Below, in pieces: positions 39,605 through 48,790 of a stretch of DNA of 64,000 bases. Origin of the DNA: an uncultured Candidatus Saccharibacteria bacterium (GTDB lineage Bacteria > Patescibacteriota > Minisyncoccia > Phycocordibacterales > DAORIS01); assembly GCA_964644035.1 (NCBI GenBank), contig CAZXUH010000001.1, positions 461,720 through 525,719 on the forward strand, read 5' to 3'. The translations under genes and the position numbers were made by a program. The notes beneath the pieces were generated by a model. The model was not told the DNA's origin and ran no database searches. It saw only the letters and a list, made by a program, of their open reading frames with translations. Positions within the stretch are counted from its first letter, which is position 1. The number at the start of each line of letters is the position of its first letter.

Positions 39605-40168
39605 TTAGCTTGCAGGATTTATTTGGCGCTTTGTCATGAGCGTTTGTATGAAAAATGACGATCTGTTGGTTGTCTTGGTCTGAGCATAGCCCTTGAGTCG
39701 TAGGAATACCTTGTCTTGAAATTCTCGAGGAGAGCCTGTGTCGACACTCAGTACAAACGCTGCATCCTCTATCTTCACTTCATCGGCTGTAAAAGGTTTA
39801 TAAATACCAGCAGCGAGCGTACTTCCCTTTTCCAAACGTCCTGTATGCGCCGATCCATCGGTTTCCATAAATCTATAAATATACTGCTCACCATCGGCGC
39901 CAATATCAGGGGTAAATTGTATAGCTAAACAATCATCATCAGTGCCATCGACACAAGAGAAATCAGTACCAACTCGTATCTCTCTGGCCATGGACTCAAG
40001 TGCAGTGTTGAGGTTGGTCATGACAGAGTTCAATGACTGAGACTTTTGATTGGCATCAATCACTGCCAAGATTGCGGCCGTGCCGGAGATAACGACAACT
40101 GCAAAAAGGGCCACGGAAACAAGAATCTCTATGAGGCTGAAACCGCTGTTTGATGAATTGTGTTTCAT
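39605..40168 (-). CDS. Minor pilin (PilW-like)
   Basis: SG-FSLIEILVS, ALESMAREIR.G. Confidence 0.85.
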   Translation of the reverse strand: MKHNSSNSGFSLIEILVSVALFAVVVISGTAAILAVIDANQKSQSLNSVMTNLNTALESMAREIRVGTDFSCVDGTDDDCLAIQFTPDIGADGEQYIYRFMETDGSAHTGRLEKGSTLAAGIYKPFTADEVKIEDAAFVLSVDTGSPREFQDKVFLRLKGYAQTKTTNRSSFFIQTLMTKRQINPAS

Positions 40169-40189
40169 GCTATATGTATTTTCACACAC

Positions 40190-40831
40190 TTAGTTGCAAG
40201 TATCCACCACTTCGATCTGACCTGAGCTCAAAATATTGACCTGTTTTGTCTTAGCGGTCTGTGAAAGCAAACAGATAGTTGCTTGGTTGAAATGCGTGCC
40301 ATTGGCAATAATAATCGCATCTGGATTTGGCCGCATAAAGGTCACGCTCATAGCTGTAATAGAAGGAGATGTATCGTCAGAACACTCTATATCGGCAACA
40401 CCTGAGTCTGGTATGACGCAGAAATTTTGTATCGTATTGCCCGCGGGGAAACTAAAGGTGCGCATAATCGTATCGGATGAATCGTAGCCTTCTATACCTC
40501 CTGCCCCACCAACAATATTGTTGGTATCAGCGAAGAAACTGTAGCGAGCATTGTTTGAAGCAGATAGATAGATTCCATAAGGATTATTGAAAGAACCAAG
40601 ACCATCCACATCCTTGCTACCAAGACCATATGTCTGAGCTTCGCGTATTGAGAGAGCAACGTCGTCGGCCAAACCGGAGAGAATAATATTGTTTCCAAAC
40701 TTTCTTTGATTGGCGACGAGTACTGTCGTCAAAATAGAAAAGATAGCCATGACGATAAGGAGTTCGAGCAAGCTAAATCCAAAAGAGCTTTTTTTAAATA
40801 ACTTTAAAATATGTTTTGAAATATGTTTCAT
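40190..40831 (-). CDS. Minor pilin (FimT/FimU/GspH-like)
   Basis: FG-FSLLELLIV, A..VAL.IREAQ, C-terminal I..SGQI. Confidence 0.85.
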   Translation of the reverse strand: MKHISKHILKLFKKSSFGFSLLELLIVMAIFSILTTVLVANQRKFGNNIILSGLADDVALSIREAQTYGLGSKDVDGLGSFNNPYGIYLSASNNARYSFFADTNNIVGGAGGIEGYDSSDTIMRTFSFPAGNTIQNFCVIPDSGVADIECSDDTSPSITAMSVTFMRPNPDAIIIANGTHFNQATICLLSQTAKTKQVNILSSGQIEVVDTCN

Positions 40832-41595
40832 CGTGTGAAAGAAAATAGCATCAATATGTCTTCAATATGTATATTAGCAAAAAATACGAAGGCTGTACCT
40901 ATCACCAAAAACGGTGCAAACGGTATTTCACTTTTCATGTGCAGATTGCCAAGCCGGAAAACCATGACCAAAATACCAATAAGCGCCCCGATCCAAAATG
41001 CGAGCGTGATAGCTGCATAGCCCATATTCATTCCAAGCATCCAGCCCATGGCCAAGCCAAACTTAGCATCGCCAAATCCCATCCACTTCCCTTTTGAAAT
41101 GAGCCAGATAAACAGAAATGGAAATGCTACTGCCGGTCCAGCGACCAAAAGCGATATGGCTTCGCTTGGTATGCGGACAAAAAGCATATTCACAAACAGA
41201 CTGAGAAATGCAAAAGAAAATACCAAACCATCGGGAATAATTTTGTGCTTGAGATCATATACAAAAATCGCTACCAGCAATGACCATACGATTGCATAGT
41301 ATGGAGTACCGATAGTAAATCCAAAAATCTCATATATTCCGACAAAAAGAGCTCCAGTAGTAAACTCTACCAATGGATATTGCCATGATAATCGGCTATT
41401 GCAGCCCGTACAGCGGCCACCCTGAAAGAAGAAACTAAACAATGGTATAAGTTCGTACCAAGCGAGCGTTTTGCCGCAGGAGAGGCATTTTGAGCGGCCA
41501 GTGATTTTCCAACCTGTGTTGTATCTATAGATAACTACATTGAGAAAGCTGCCTATGCATAGACCGATCAGAAAAATAAAGAGTTCAACGATCAT
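40828..41595 (-). CDS. pilD: Prepilin peptidase
   Basis: GSFLNVVIYR, RS.C..C...L.WYELIP, G.C..C, YDLKH.IIPD, MGFGD.K, IPFAPFL. Confidence 0.95.
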   Translation of the reverse strand: MIVELFIFLIGLCIGSFLNVVIYRYNTGWKITGRSKCLSCGKTLAWYELIPLFSFFFQGGRCTGCNSRLSWQYPLVEFTTGALFVGIYEIFGFTIGTPYYAIVWSLLVAIFVYDLKHKIIPDGLVFSFAFLSLFVNMLFVRIPSEAISLLVAGPAVAFPFLFIWLISKGKWMGFGDAKFGLAMGWMLGMNMGYAAITLAFWIGALIGILVMVFRLGNLHMKSEIPFAPFLVIGTAFVFFANIHIEDILMLFSFTR

Positions 41596-41637
41596 GATGC
41601 AATAATAGTAGCATATATTTTAGTTGACCTACTGGAT

Positions 41638-41739
41638 ACCTCCTCCCCTAGCCCCTCCTCTAAAGAGGAGGGGAACACTAAAAGGTCTTGTGCTTCAGAG
41701 TCCTCCCTCCTCATTCTGAGGAGGGATTGAGGGAGGAGG
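41638..41739. repeat. ~102-bp palindromic (REPIN/MITE-like) element, copy A
   Basis: CCTCCTCCC..GGGAGGAGG termini; internal hairpins CCCCTCCTCT-AA-AGAGGAGGGG and CCCTCCTCA-TTC-TGAGGAGGG; ~90% identical to the reverse complement of 43296-43397. Confidence 0.85.
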
Positions 41740-41743
41740 CATA

Positions 41744-42163
41744 TCACCTACTCACCTTAAAATTGTTTGCCGGAGTGCCGCTATTGCAACTATCTGATGT
41801 CGCTACGGAAGTACTATTTGCATTTTCAAGCGTCGTACCAAGACAATACGAAAGTCTGAGACCACTAGCATTGGTTGTCGGATTGTAGCTATATGCATCC
41901 CCTTGTGGTCCAACAGGCAATGTCGGCACAAAACCTTCTGTCACAAGCTGCATAAGATTAGCTGGATACTGCTTACTTTCACTGTCTGAGTTCTGAAACG
42001 ACGCTTCAAGTGCTATTTGAACCTGCTTAATATCATTGAGTCTTCTTGCATCACGTGCTCTCTGTCGAGCTTCATTGCCCCGAAACATTACTACACCAGA
42101 AAGAACACCGATAATAGCTACTGCAATAAGCAATTCAATAAGAGTAAATCCTTTTTTATTCAT
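41744..42163 (-). CDS. Type IV pilin/GspG-like pilin
   Basis: KG-FTLIELLI, ARDARRL.DI.Q.Q.ALE, YP, YCLG..LE. Confidence 0.88.
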   Translation of the reverse strand: MNKKGFTLIELLIAVAIIGVLSGVVMFRGNEARQRARDARRLNDIKQVQIALEASFQNSDSESKQYPANLMQLVTEGFVPTLPVGPQGDAYSYNPTTNASGLRLSYCLGTTLENANSTSVATSDSCNSGTPANNFKVSR

Positions 42164-42194
42164 ACATATATTGTACCTTCTACCTAGACAAAAC

Positions 42195-42219
42195 AAAACA
42201 CCGCTTTTGGCGGTGTTTT
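42195..42219 (-). terminator. Terminator after the probable major pilin
   Basis: AAAACACCGC-TTTTG-GCGGTGTTTT. Confidence 0.7.
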
Positions 42220-42253
42220 TATCTGCAATGAGTAGAGAAAATAGAAAAGCTCT

Positions 42254-42676
42254 CTAGCTACAAGATACTGCGGTACCTGAAGGATTAGCCGTTGTGGCAA
42301 CTGCATTACCCTTTGAGTCAACACACCAATATGATGCAGTATTACTCTTCAACTGGGCTGATAGTACCCAAGCACCAGCAACATCTTTACATACAGTCGC
42401 ACCTGATCCAGCCAACCTTGAGCCTGTGGCCATCTGGTCAATACCACCACCAGTTGAACTGTTATAACAAACGCCTAAGTAACTCTGGCTATTTGAATCA
42501 TAGTAGAGTTCAGCCTGTGCACGTGCATTGTTAACGTTAGACTTAATGGCTGCATCAGAACCCTTTGCGCGAGCAGAGTTGAGTGATGCAAGCACAACCG
42601 CTGATAGGATACCGATGATAGCGATGACCACCAAGAGTTCAATCAGGGTGAAACCTTTTCTAAAAGAAGTTTTCAT
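42254..42676 (-). CDS. Type IV pilin (probable major pilin)
   Basis: KG-FTLIELLVVIAIIGILSAVVLASLNSARAKG.DA, WCVDS.G; own terminator. Confidence 0.93.
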   Translation of the reverse strand: MKTSFRKGFTLIELLVVIAIIGILSAVVLASLNSARAKGSDAAIKSNVNNARAQAELYYDSNSQSYLGVCYNSSTGGGIDQMATGSRLAGSGATVCKDVAGAWVLSAQLKSNTASYWCVDSKGNAVATTANPSGTAVSCS

Positions 42677-42818
42677 TTATAAATATATTATCTTATAACT
42701 ATTAAACATCGCGTCCCTACGTTTGGCCATTATCAGCGGCTAAATAAAGGCACGACTGCTTACACGTAATTATATACCGCCTATTGAAGGCGTAAATGGG
42801 TCGTGTGGATAACCAATC

Positions 42819-42857
42819 ACCTTCTCCCCTTTCCCCTCCTCTAAAGAGGAGGGGAAC
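42819..42857. repeat. Half-copy of the palindromic element upstream of the DUF559 gene
   Basis: ACCTTCTCCCCTTT-CCCCTCCTCT-AA-AGAGGAGGGG-AAC matches the left half of copy A and is inverted relative to 43359-43397. Confidence 0.8.
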
Positions 42858-42918
42858 TTTATGTTTTATTGAGGTTATTTTTAGTACTTCTGCATACAAC
42901 GAGAGTCATACTCCTTAC

Positions 42919-43341
42919 ATGAAGAAAATAATAAACAAAAATGAGCTGCTTTTACGCAGACGAGACCTAAGAAAATCAATGACTCACCAAGAGATACTTC
43001 TATGGGAGCATTTTAGACGCAAGCAAATGGGCTATCGCATCCATCGACAATACAGTATCGGATCATTTGTTGTGGATTTTTATTGCCCAAAAGCAAAGCT
43101 TATTATAGAAATCGATGGGTATCACCATAATAAACCAGAAGAAATAGAATACGATACTTTTCGAACAAAATTCTTTGAAGAACTTGGCCTCAATGTAATA
43201 CGTTTTACTAATCAACAAATTAATACCAATCTTGTAAAAGTTCTTACAGCGATTAAAGCTAAACTCCTCTCCTCCAAAGAGGAGAGAGCTTCTACACCTC
43301 CTCCCTCAATCCCTCCTCATCTTGAGGAGGGAGGACTCTGA
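42919..43341 (+). CDS. DUF559/Vsr-like PD-(D/E)xK endonuclease
   Basis: RR.LRK.MT..E.LLW, RQY.IG..VVDFYC....LIIEIDG..H, YD..RT......GL.VIRF.N. Confidence 0.92.
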   Translation: MKKIINKNELLLRRRDLRKSMTHQEILLWEHFRRKQMGYRIHRQYSIGSFVVDFYCPKAKLIIEIDGYHHNKPEEIEYDTFRTKFFEELGLNVIRFTNQQINTNLVKVLTAIKAKLLSSKEERASTPPPSIPPHLEEGGL

Positions 43342-43400
43342 AGTACAGGACCTTTAGTGTTCCCCTCCTCTATAGAGGAGGGGTCAGGGGAGGAGGTGTA
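43293..43400. repeat. Palindromic element copy B (inverted relative to copy A), overlapping the nuclease 3' end
   Basis: TACACCTCCTCCC..GGGAGGAGGTGTA 13-bp termini, same two internal hairpins; preceded by an extra CTCTCCTC-CAAA-GAGGAGAG hairpin. Confidence 0.85.
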
Positions 43401-43421
43401 AAAAGGAGGTGGCCAGGGTGG

Positions 43422-44630
43422 TTAAAACGCCGACGCAATATTGTAAATAGGCACCAAAACTGCCGCAAGGAGAATACCAACCCCGACACCCAAAAGCACA
43501 ATCATCACTGGTTCGATAAGACTGACCAGTGTATCTACAGCATTGAGCACTTCGCGCTGATAAAAGGTCGACATAGTCTTGAGAATCTTACCAAGCTCAC
43601 CAGTTTCTTCACCGACTTTGACCATTTGAATGAATATGCCTGGGAATTGTGGATATCTTGAGAATACGTCGGAAACCGATGCTCCAGCTTTGACTGCTTC
43701 GATACTATCGAGCAAGATTTTCTGATAGGTATAACTCTCAACAACTGTCGAAGTGATTTCGAGTGTGCGAAGCATTGGTATACCAGCCACGATCATCGTG
43801 TTCATGTTGTCGGCAATACGAGAAAGGAAAAGTTTTCTGTACAAATCACCGATAAAAGGTATTTTGAGTTTCATTTCATCGAACCATGCCTTGCCGGAAT
43901 CGCTTTTTATATATCGGAAGAAAAGAAAACCACAGATCACTAATGCGCCGAGCAAGAAGAATCCATAATTGACCAAAAATGCACTGGCCCCAAGGATAAT
44001 CTTGGTATAAATCGGTATTTCCTGACCAGAATCGGTCAAAATCGTGGCGATCTTAGGAATGACCATCGTGAACATCAGGATCATGACAGTAATGAACGTC
44101 GCGACGATAAATGCCGGATAAATAAAGGCATTGCGAGCCTTCGACGTCACTTCAAATGATCGGTCGAGATAGTCAGCAAGATAGACAAAGGTCTCATTGA
44201 GCTTACCTGATTCTTCACCAGCTCTCACCATGTTTACATAGAAAAGAGAAAATGTTTTTGGATGTTTACCCAAAGCTGCAGAGATAGAACTTCCACCCTG
44301 CAAGTCATCGGCTACGACCGTCAAAATAGTACGTAGTTGTGGCTGTTCTGTCTCAGCAGCCAAAAGTCTGAACACTCGAAGCGCTGAAACTTGCGATTCG
44401 AAAAGGATCGATATCTGACGAGAAAGAATAACGACATCTTTATTGCTAACACGAGAAAAGAAATTGAGATTTCTCTTAAGAATCGAGCCTTCTTCTTGGA
44501 GTGGCTTGATCGAGGTAAGTATCAATCCCCTTCTTTGAAGAGAATTGATGGCAATATCCATCGTGATCGCATCGATCGATCCTTCTTTTGATGTGCCGTC
44601 TGATTCGAGTGTCTTGTATCTAAAAATCAT
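43422..44630 (-). CDS. pilC: Type IV pilus platform protein PilC/GspF
   Basis: Two GspF domains: MVRAGEESGKL, AFIYP, MVKVGEETGEL, SLIEP. Confidence 0.93.
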   Translation of the reverse strand: MIFRYKTLESDGTSKEGSIDAITMDIAINSLQRRGLILTSIKPLQEEGSILKRNLNFFSRVSNKDVVILSRQISILFESQVSALRVFRLLAAETEQPQLRTILTVVADDLQGGSSISAALGKHPKTFSLFYVNMVRAGEESGKLNETFVYLADYLDRSFEVTSKARNAFIYPAFIVATFITVMILMFTMVIPKIATILTDSGQEIPIYTKIILGASAFLVNYGFFLLGALVICGFLFFRYIKSDSGKAWFDEMKLKIPFIGDLYRKLFLSRIADNMNTMIVAGIPMLRTLEITSTVVESYTYQKILLDSIEAVKAGASVSDVFSRYPQFPGIFIQMVKVGEETGELGKILKTMSTFYQREVLNAVDTLVSLIEPVMIVLLGVGVGILLAAVLVPIYNIASAF

Positions 44631-44638
44631 GATTTATT

Positions 44639-45703
44639 TTATGAAAGCATGCGCTCGAGAAGCTTAGGATTGACTGAACGATTGTATGCATTCTCGATAG
44701 AAATTTGTCCCTGACGTACAAGCTCGACCAAAGACCGGTTAAGATCGATCATTCCCTGCTGAGAACTTGTTTCGATCACGGTATTGATTTCATGCGTGCG
44801 CTTTTCGCGGATAAGATTGGCGACGGCACCGTTGTTGATAAGCAATTCATAGGCTGGCACAAGACCTCCTGATATACGAGGGATGAGACGCTGAGAAAAG
44901 ATACCAGTAAGGCTGGCTGCAAGCTGCACGCGGATCTGAGCCTGCTGCTCTGCAGGGAAAATGTCGATAATACGTTCGATAGTCTGAGCAGCATTGTTGG
45001 TATGAAGTGTAGAAAATACCAAATGTCCTGTTTCAGCAGCAGTAACAGCTGTTGCGATAGTTTCGAGACCGCGCATTTCACCGATAAGAATCACGTTGAC
45101 GTCTTGTCGGACAGCGTGGACAAGAGCAGTGTTGAAATCTTTTGTATCTATATTGACTTCACGTTGGTTGATAATAGATTTTTTAGGAGTGTAGACATAT
45201 TCCACTGGATCTTCAATGGTAATGATGTGTTCCATTCGATCTTGGTTGATAAGTTCGATAAGTGCAGCAAGTGTCGTCGACTTTCCCTGTCCGACTGGTC
45301 CTACCACAAGAAAGAAACCTTGTTTCTTGCGAGTAAAGATTTCGAGTGAAGGCGGAAGTCCGAGTTCTTCGAGTGTTCTGACATGATTTGGAATCGTTCT
45401 GAGTGCAAGACCAATCCTTCCCTGCGCTACATAGCCATTGCCGCGGAAACGTCCTGTGTCGCCATGAGAATATGCAAAATCTATTTCTTTATTGGCAATA
45501 AACTGCTGCTTGTACTCTGGCGACATGAGAGCATCGACAATACCAAGCATTTGATCTCTAGTGAGTGGTTGAAAATTGAGAAGTGGTACGAGATATCCCG
45601 ATACGCGAATAGAAGGCTGACGATGTTCTGCAAGATGCAGGTCAGAACCACCTTCCTTTATGACAATTTGAATGAGCGAATCGAGAAATTTTTTTGTATC
45701 CAT
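44639..45703 (-). CDS. pilT: Pilus retraction ATPase PilT
   Basis: SDLHL, GPVGQGKSTT, TIEDPVEY, GEMRG.ET, AAETGHLVFSTLHTN, ANLIRE. Confidence 0.93.
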   Translation of the reverse strand: MDTKKFLDSLIQIVIKEGGSDLHLAEHRQPSIRVSGYLVPLLNFQPLTRDQMLGIVDALMSPEYKQQFIANKEIDFAYSHGDTGRFRGNGYVAQGRIGLALRTIPNHVRTLEELGLPPSLEIFTRKKQGFFLVVGPVGQGKSTTLAALIELINQDRMEHIITIEDPVEYVYTPKKSIINQREVNIDTKDFNTALVHAVRQDVNVILIGEMRGLETIATAVTAAETGHLVFSTLHTNNAAQTIERIIDIFPAEQQAQIRVQLAASLTGIFSQRLIPRISGGLVPAYELLINNGAVANLIREKRTHEINTVIETSSQQGMIDLNRSLVELVRQGQISIENAYNRSVNPKLLERMLS

Positions 45704-45733
45704 GCCAAATCTATTTAATGAACGTATTATATC

Positions 45734-46141
45734 CTACAAAGCCTCCGCAATATAGCGCTTGCCTGCCATTATTTCTCTCACTCTGGTTACTACTTCTGAA
45801 GGAATCGTCGTGGCCTTGATAATATAACCATCGACACCGATATCTTTTGCGATTTTTATATCTGGAGATTCAGATTGATTGGTAAGCATGACAATTTTTA
45901 CCTTTGGAAGAAGATTTTCAGTCTTGAGTTTCCTTACAAGTTCGATACCGTCCATGCCTGGCATAACAATATCAACAAGAAGTACATCTGGAGCGTAGCC
46001 GGCTTTTATTTTGTCATAGGCAAGCATTGCATTGTCCGCAGTCTCAATAGCAAATCCACTGTGGTCGAGCTTACGCGCATACATATTAAGTAGGAATTTA
46101 TCATCATCGACGAGCAGTACTTTTTTCTTATCTGCGTCCAT
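45734..46141 (-). CDS. Single-domain response regulator
   Basis: LLVDDD, LVDIVMPGMDG, MLTN, YIIK. Confidence 0.9.
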   Translation of the reverse strand: MDADKKKVLLVDDDKFLLNMYARKLDHSGFAIETADNAMLAYDKIKAGYAPDVLLVDIVMPGMDGIELVRKLKTENLLPKVKIVMLTNQSESPDIKIAKDIGVDGYIIKATTIPSEVVTRVREIMAGKRYIAEAL

Positions 46142-46209
46142 ATGGTTGTAGGTAGTTATAGTATATACCCCAGCTCATACTCATACAACACCGTCAAGAG
46201 GAGAACTGT

Positions 46210-47904
46210 TTATATCTTATCGATTTCTGAAAGGGCAAATTTACCTTCCAAGACCTTGAGCATGGCATCTTCTTGCATCGTGAGCATTCCCTGTTTTCTT
46301 GCGACCCTGACAATCTCATCTTCGGTCGGATTCTTGAGAATTGCATTCTCTAGTTCCCTATCTCGCTCAATAACCTCAAAAACTGCCATACGTCCCCGCG
46401 TACCTGTCGGACAATCAGACGAACTTCCAAGCTCATAGACGCTTGCCGGTATCTTAATATCTTTCCTGACTTCTTCGGCTACACCTTCGAAACGCTTTTC
46501 AATGCGCATTTTGACTGCACCTTCAACTTCTATCTTTGTACCTGCATTTGGACAAAGCACATTGCCAAGTCGCTGGGCAATAGCGAGCTGAAGGGTTGGA
46601 GCAATAAGAAATGGATCGACTCCCATATCGATAAGTCGGGGTATGACGCCCGCAGCATTGTTGGTGTGAATGGTCGAAAGCACAAGGTGGCCAGTAAGCG
46701 CCGCTTGAATAGCAAGCTGAGCAGTTTCTTTGTCTCGAATTTCACCCACCAAGATAACATCTGGGTCCTGACGAAGTGTCGTACGTAGACCTGTAGCAAA
46801 TGTATACCCAATTTCCGGCCAGACCTGAGACTGGCTGACGCCTTCAATATTGTATTCGATCGGATCTTCAAGAGAGAGCACATTCTTCTCTTCCCTATTG
46901 ATCTCATTGAGCATAGAGTACAGTGTTGTCGTCTTACCGGATCCAGTAGGACCTGAAATAAGCACCAAACCGTAGGGCTTATTGATACCTTCCCGAATAA
47001 TCTTGAGATTTTTCTCTGTCATACCTAGAGCCTCGAGAGGCTTAACGCCGCGTTCATGGTCAAGAATTCTCATCACCACCTTTTCACCAAAATATGTTGG
47101 GAAGGTAGAGACACGAAAGTCGATTTTCCTGCCCTCAATACGAGCCGAAAAGCGGCCGTCTTGTGGTTTGCGCTTTTCGTCGAGCTTCATATTGGAAAGA
47201 ATCTTAATACGAGCAACCACCGCCTGATGAACGTTGATCGGAAGCTGCAAACTTGTATTGAGTACACCATCCACTCGGAAACGCACGCGAATATGATCGC
47301 GAAGTGGCTCGACATGCACGTCGGATGCCAAACCTTCTGTCGCATAGCGCAAAATGGTAGCTACGATTTTGGTAATCGGTGCATCTTCTTTGATATCATC
47401 CTCGCTTTTTGCCTGCTCTTCATCGTGTTCCTGACTGACCACTATCCCCGCCTGCTGACGCAGTTCGCTATCAAGATCGGTAAGGGCTTTTGTTACTTCA
47501 CCTGAGAGACCTTTGTAGAGAGCGAGTACTTTGTGAAAATCTTCACGCGTAATAAGAAAAAGTTTGTATGGCAGATTGACCCTCGATGTAATGAAGTTGA
47601 GCGCATTGCGAGCTTCTATATTGTCGGGATCGACAATACCTACTTCAAGCGCACCTTCTTTGACCGAAATCGGTACAAATTCATAATGAAGAGCTGAGTC
47701 TTCGGGAATATAATCGAGCACGTCATACGCAATATCGTCGACATTGACGTTGCGCAGCGGCATATTGAGACGCTCGGCTTTTTGAGCAAGAGATTCTTTT
47801 TCTACTTGAGCCTGAATAGAAAGACCTCCTTCATCTTGGCCAGAAGCCCGCTTAACTTGAAGCGGTCGAGCGCCCTTCTTGTCTTGTGAATTGCTTGTAG
47901 GCAT
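46210..47904 (-). CDS. pilB: Pilus assembly ATPase PilB/GspE
   Basis: ASDVHVEP, RFRVDGVL, PQDGRF, GPTGSGKTTT, LRQDPDVILVGEIRD, ALTGHLVLSTIHTN. Confidence 0.95.
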   Translation of the reverse strand: MPTSNSQDKKGARPLQVKRASGQDEGGLSIQAQVEKESLAQKAERLNMPLRNVNVDDIAYDVLDYIPEDSALHYEFVPISVKEGALEVGIVDPDNIEARNALNFITSRVNLPYKLFLITREDFHKVLALYKGLSGEVTKALTDLDSELRQQAGIVVSQEHDEEQAKSEDDIKEDAPITKIVATILRYATEGLASDVHVEPLRDHIRVRFRVDGVLNTSLQLPINVHQAVVARIKILSNMKLDEKRKPQDGRFSARIEGRKIDFRVSTFPTYFGEKVVMRILDHERGVKPLEALGMTEKNLKIIREGINKPYGLVLISGPTGSGKTTTLYSMLNEINREEKNVLSLEDPIEYNIEGVSQSQVWPEIGYTFATGLRTTLRQDPDVILVGEIRDKETAQLAIQAALTGHLVLSTIHTNNAAGVIPRLIDMGVDPFLIAPTLQLAIAQRLGNVLCPNAGTKIEVEGAVKMRIEKRFEGVAEEVRKDIKIPASVYELGSSSDCPTGTRGRMAVFEVIERDRELENAILKNPTEDEIVRVARKQGMLTMQEDAMLKVLEGKFALSEIDKI

Positions 47905-47909
47905 TTATA

Positions 47910-48245
47910 TTATCTCGCTTTTATAACTGGAGTTGATGGCGCTTTGCCAACAGGAGCAAATGGATTGGATCGGCCTGTCGGTCCTTCAACAAGAGTAATC
48001 GTCGAATCCTGCAGAGTGTTGTAGGCAGCATCGGCAAAAAGGACTGTACCAGCGTCGAGATTGAGTCCTTTGACGCGTTCAAGCTGAGCTTTGATCTCTA
48101 CCCCAGGGAAATTTACATTAAGATCTTCTTCAGTAAGACCAAGTTGATCATTGGTTACAAAATATTTTGTATATACAAAGATGGCACCTACAAGGAGAAC
48201 AATGATACCGACGACGATTGCGAGATTTTTAATAGTACTGTTCAT
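47910..48245 (-). CDS. Pilus-operon small membrane-anchored protein (PilP position)
   Basis: TM anchor, C-terminal GRSNPFAP; follows pilO. Confidence 0.75.
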   Translation of the reverse strand: MNSTIKNLAIVVGIIVLLVGAIFVYTKYFVTNDQLGLTEEDLNVNFPGVEIKAQLERVKGLNLDAGTVLFADAAYNTLQDSTITLVEGPTGRSNPFAPVGKAPSTPVIKAR

Positions 48246-48246
48246 A

Positions 48247-48786
48247 TTATTTTGCCCAGTAGGTCTTAATAGTAAGGTTAAATGTATACAGCGAATCAGT
48301 ATCGTTTGGACTAAAGGTCAAACCAGTAACATCAGCGAGGCGAAGGTTTGATTCTAAATCCTTGAGGAAATCGGTAAATCTGTCATACGACGTTGCAATA
48401 CTGAAGCTAAGCGCAAAAGCATTGTCATTTTGCTTCTGAGGAGTCTTGGTTGTCGACTGCAAATCAGCAGTGTTGGTAATACGAATGCTTTTAACACCAG
48501 TCGAATACTTCTTGGCGATTTCATTGATCTCGATAACCAAACGTATCGTGTCGATATTCTGAGGGATCATGACATGAAGGCGATCAAGATCCTCTCCAGA
48601 GAAACTGTTTTTTATATTATTGAGCTTGGTGATCTCAACATCGAGTTCCCTCGCCTTTTCGAGAGCATCCTCATACTGAGCTTTGTCAGCCAAGAGTCTC
48701 TGTATGTTTGCATAGAGAGGTTTTGTATAAAAGAAACTACCGGCGATGGCGAGAACGATAAGTATGAGTGGTGCAAGTTGGCGCAT
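48247..48786 (-). CDS. pilO: PilO-like protein
   Basis: TM plus coiled coil, MIP, SY..F..FL..LE..LRL.DV; synteny. Confidence 0.8.
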   Translation of the reverse strand: MRQLAPLILIVLAIAGSFFYTKPLYANIQRLLADKAQYEDALEKARELDVEITKLNNIKNSFSGEDLDRLHVMIPQNIDTIRLVIEINEIAKKYSTGVKSIRITNTADLQSTTKTPQKQNDNAFALSFSIATSYDRFTDFLKDLESNLRLADVTGLTFSPNDTDSLYTFNLTIKTYWAK

Positions 48787-48790
48787 AAAA

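Noticed and set aside
42796-42918. N-terminal extension of the DUF559 ORF (PSPLSPPLKRRG)
   Set aside because: It translates the repeat half-site; the family-like sequence begins at ATG 42919.
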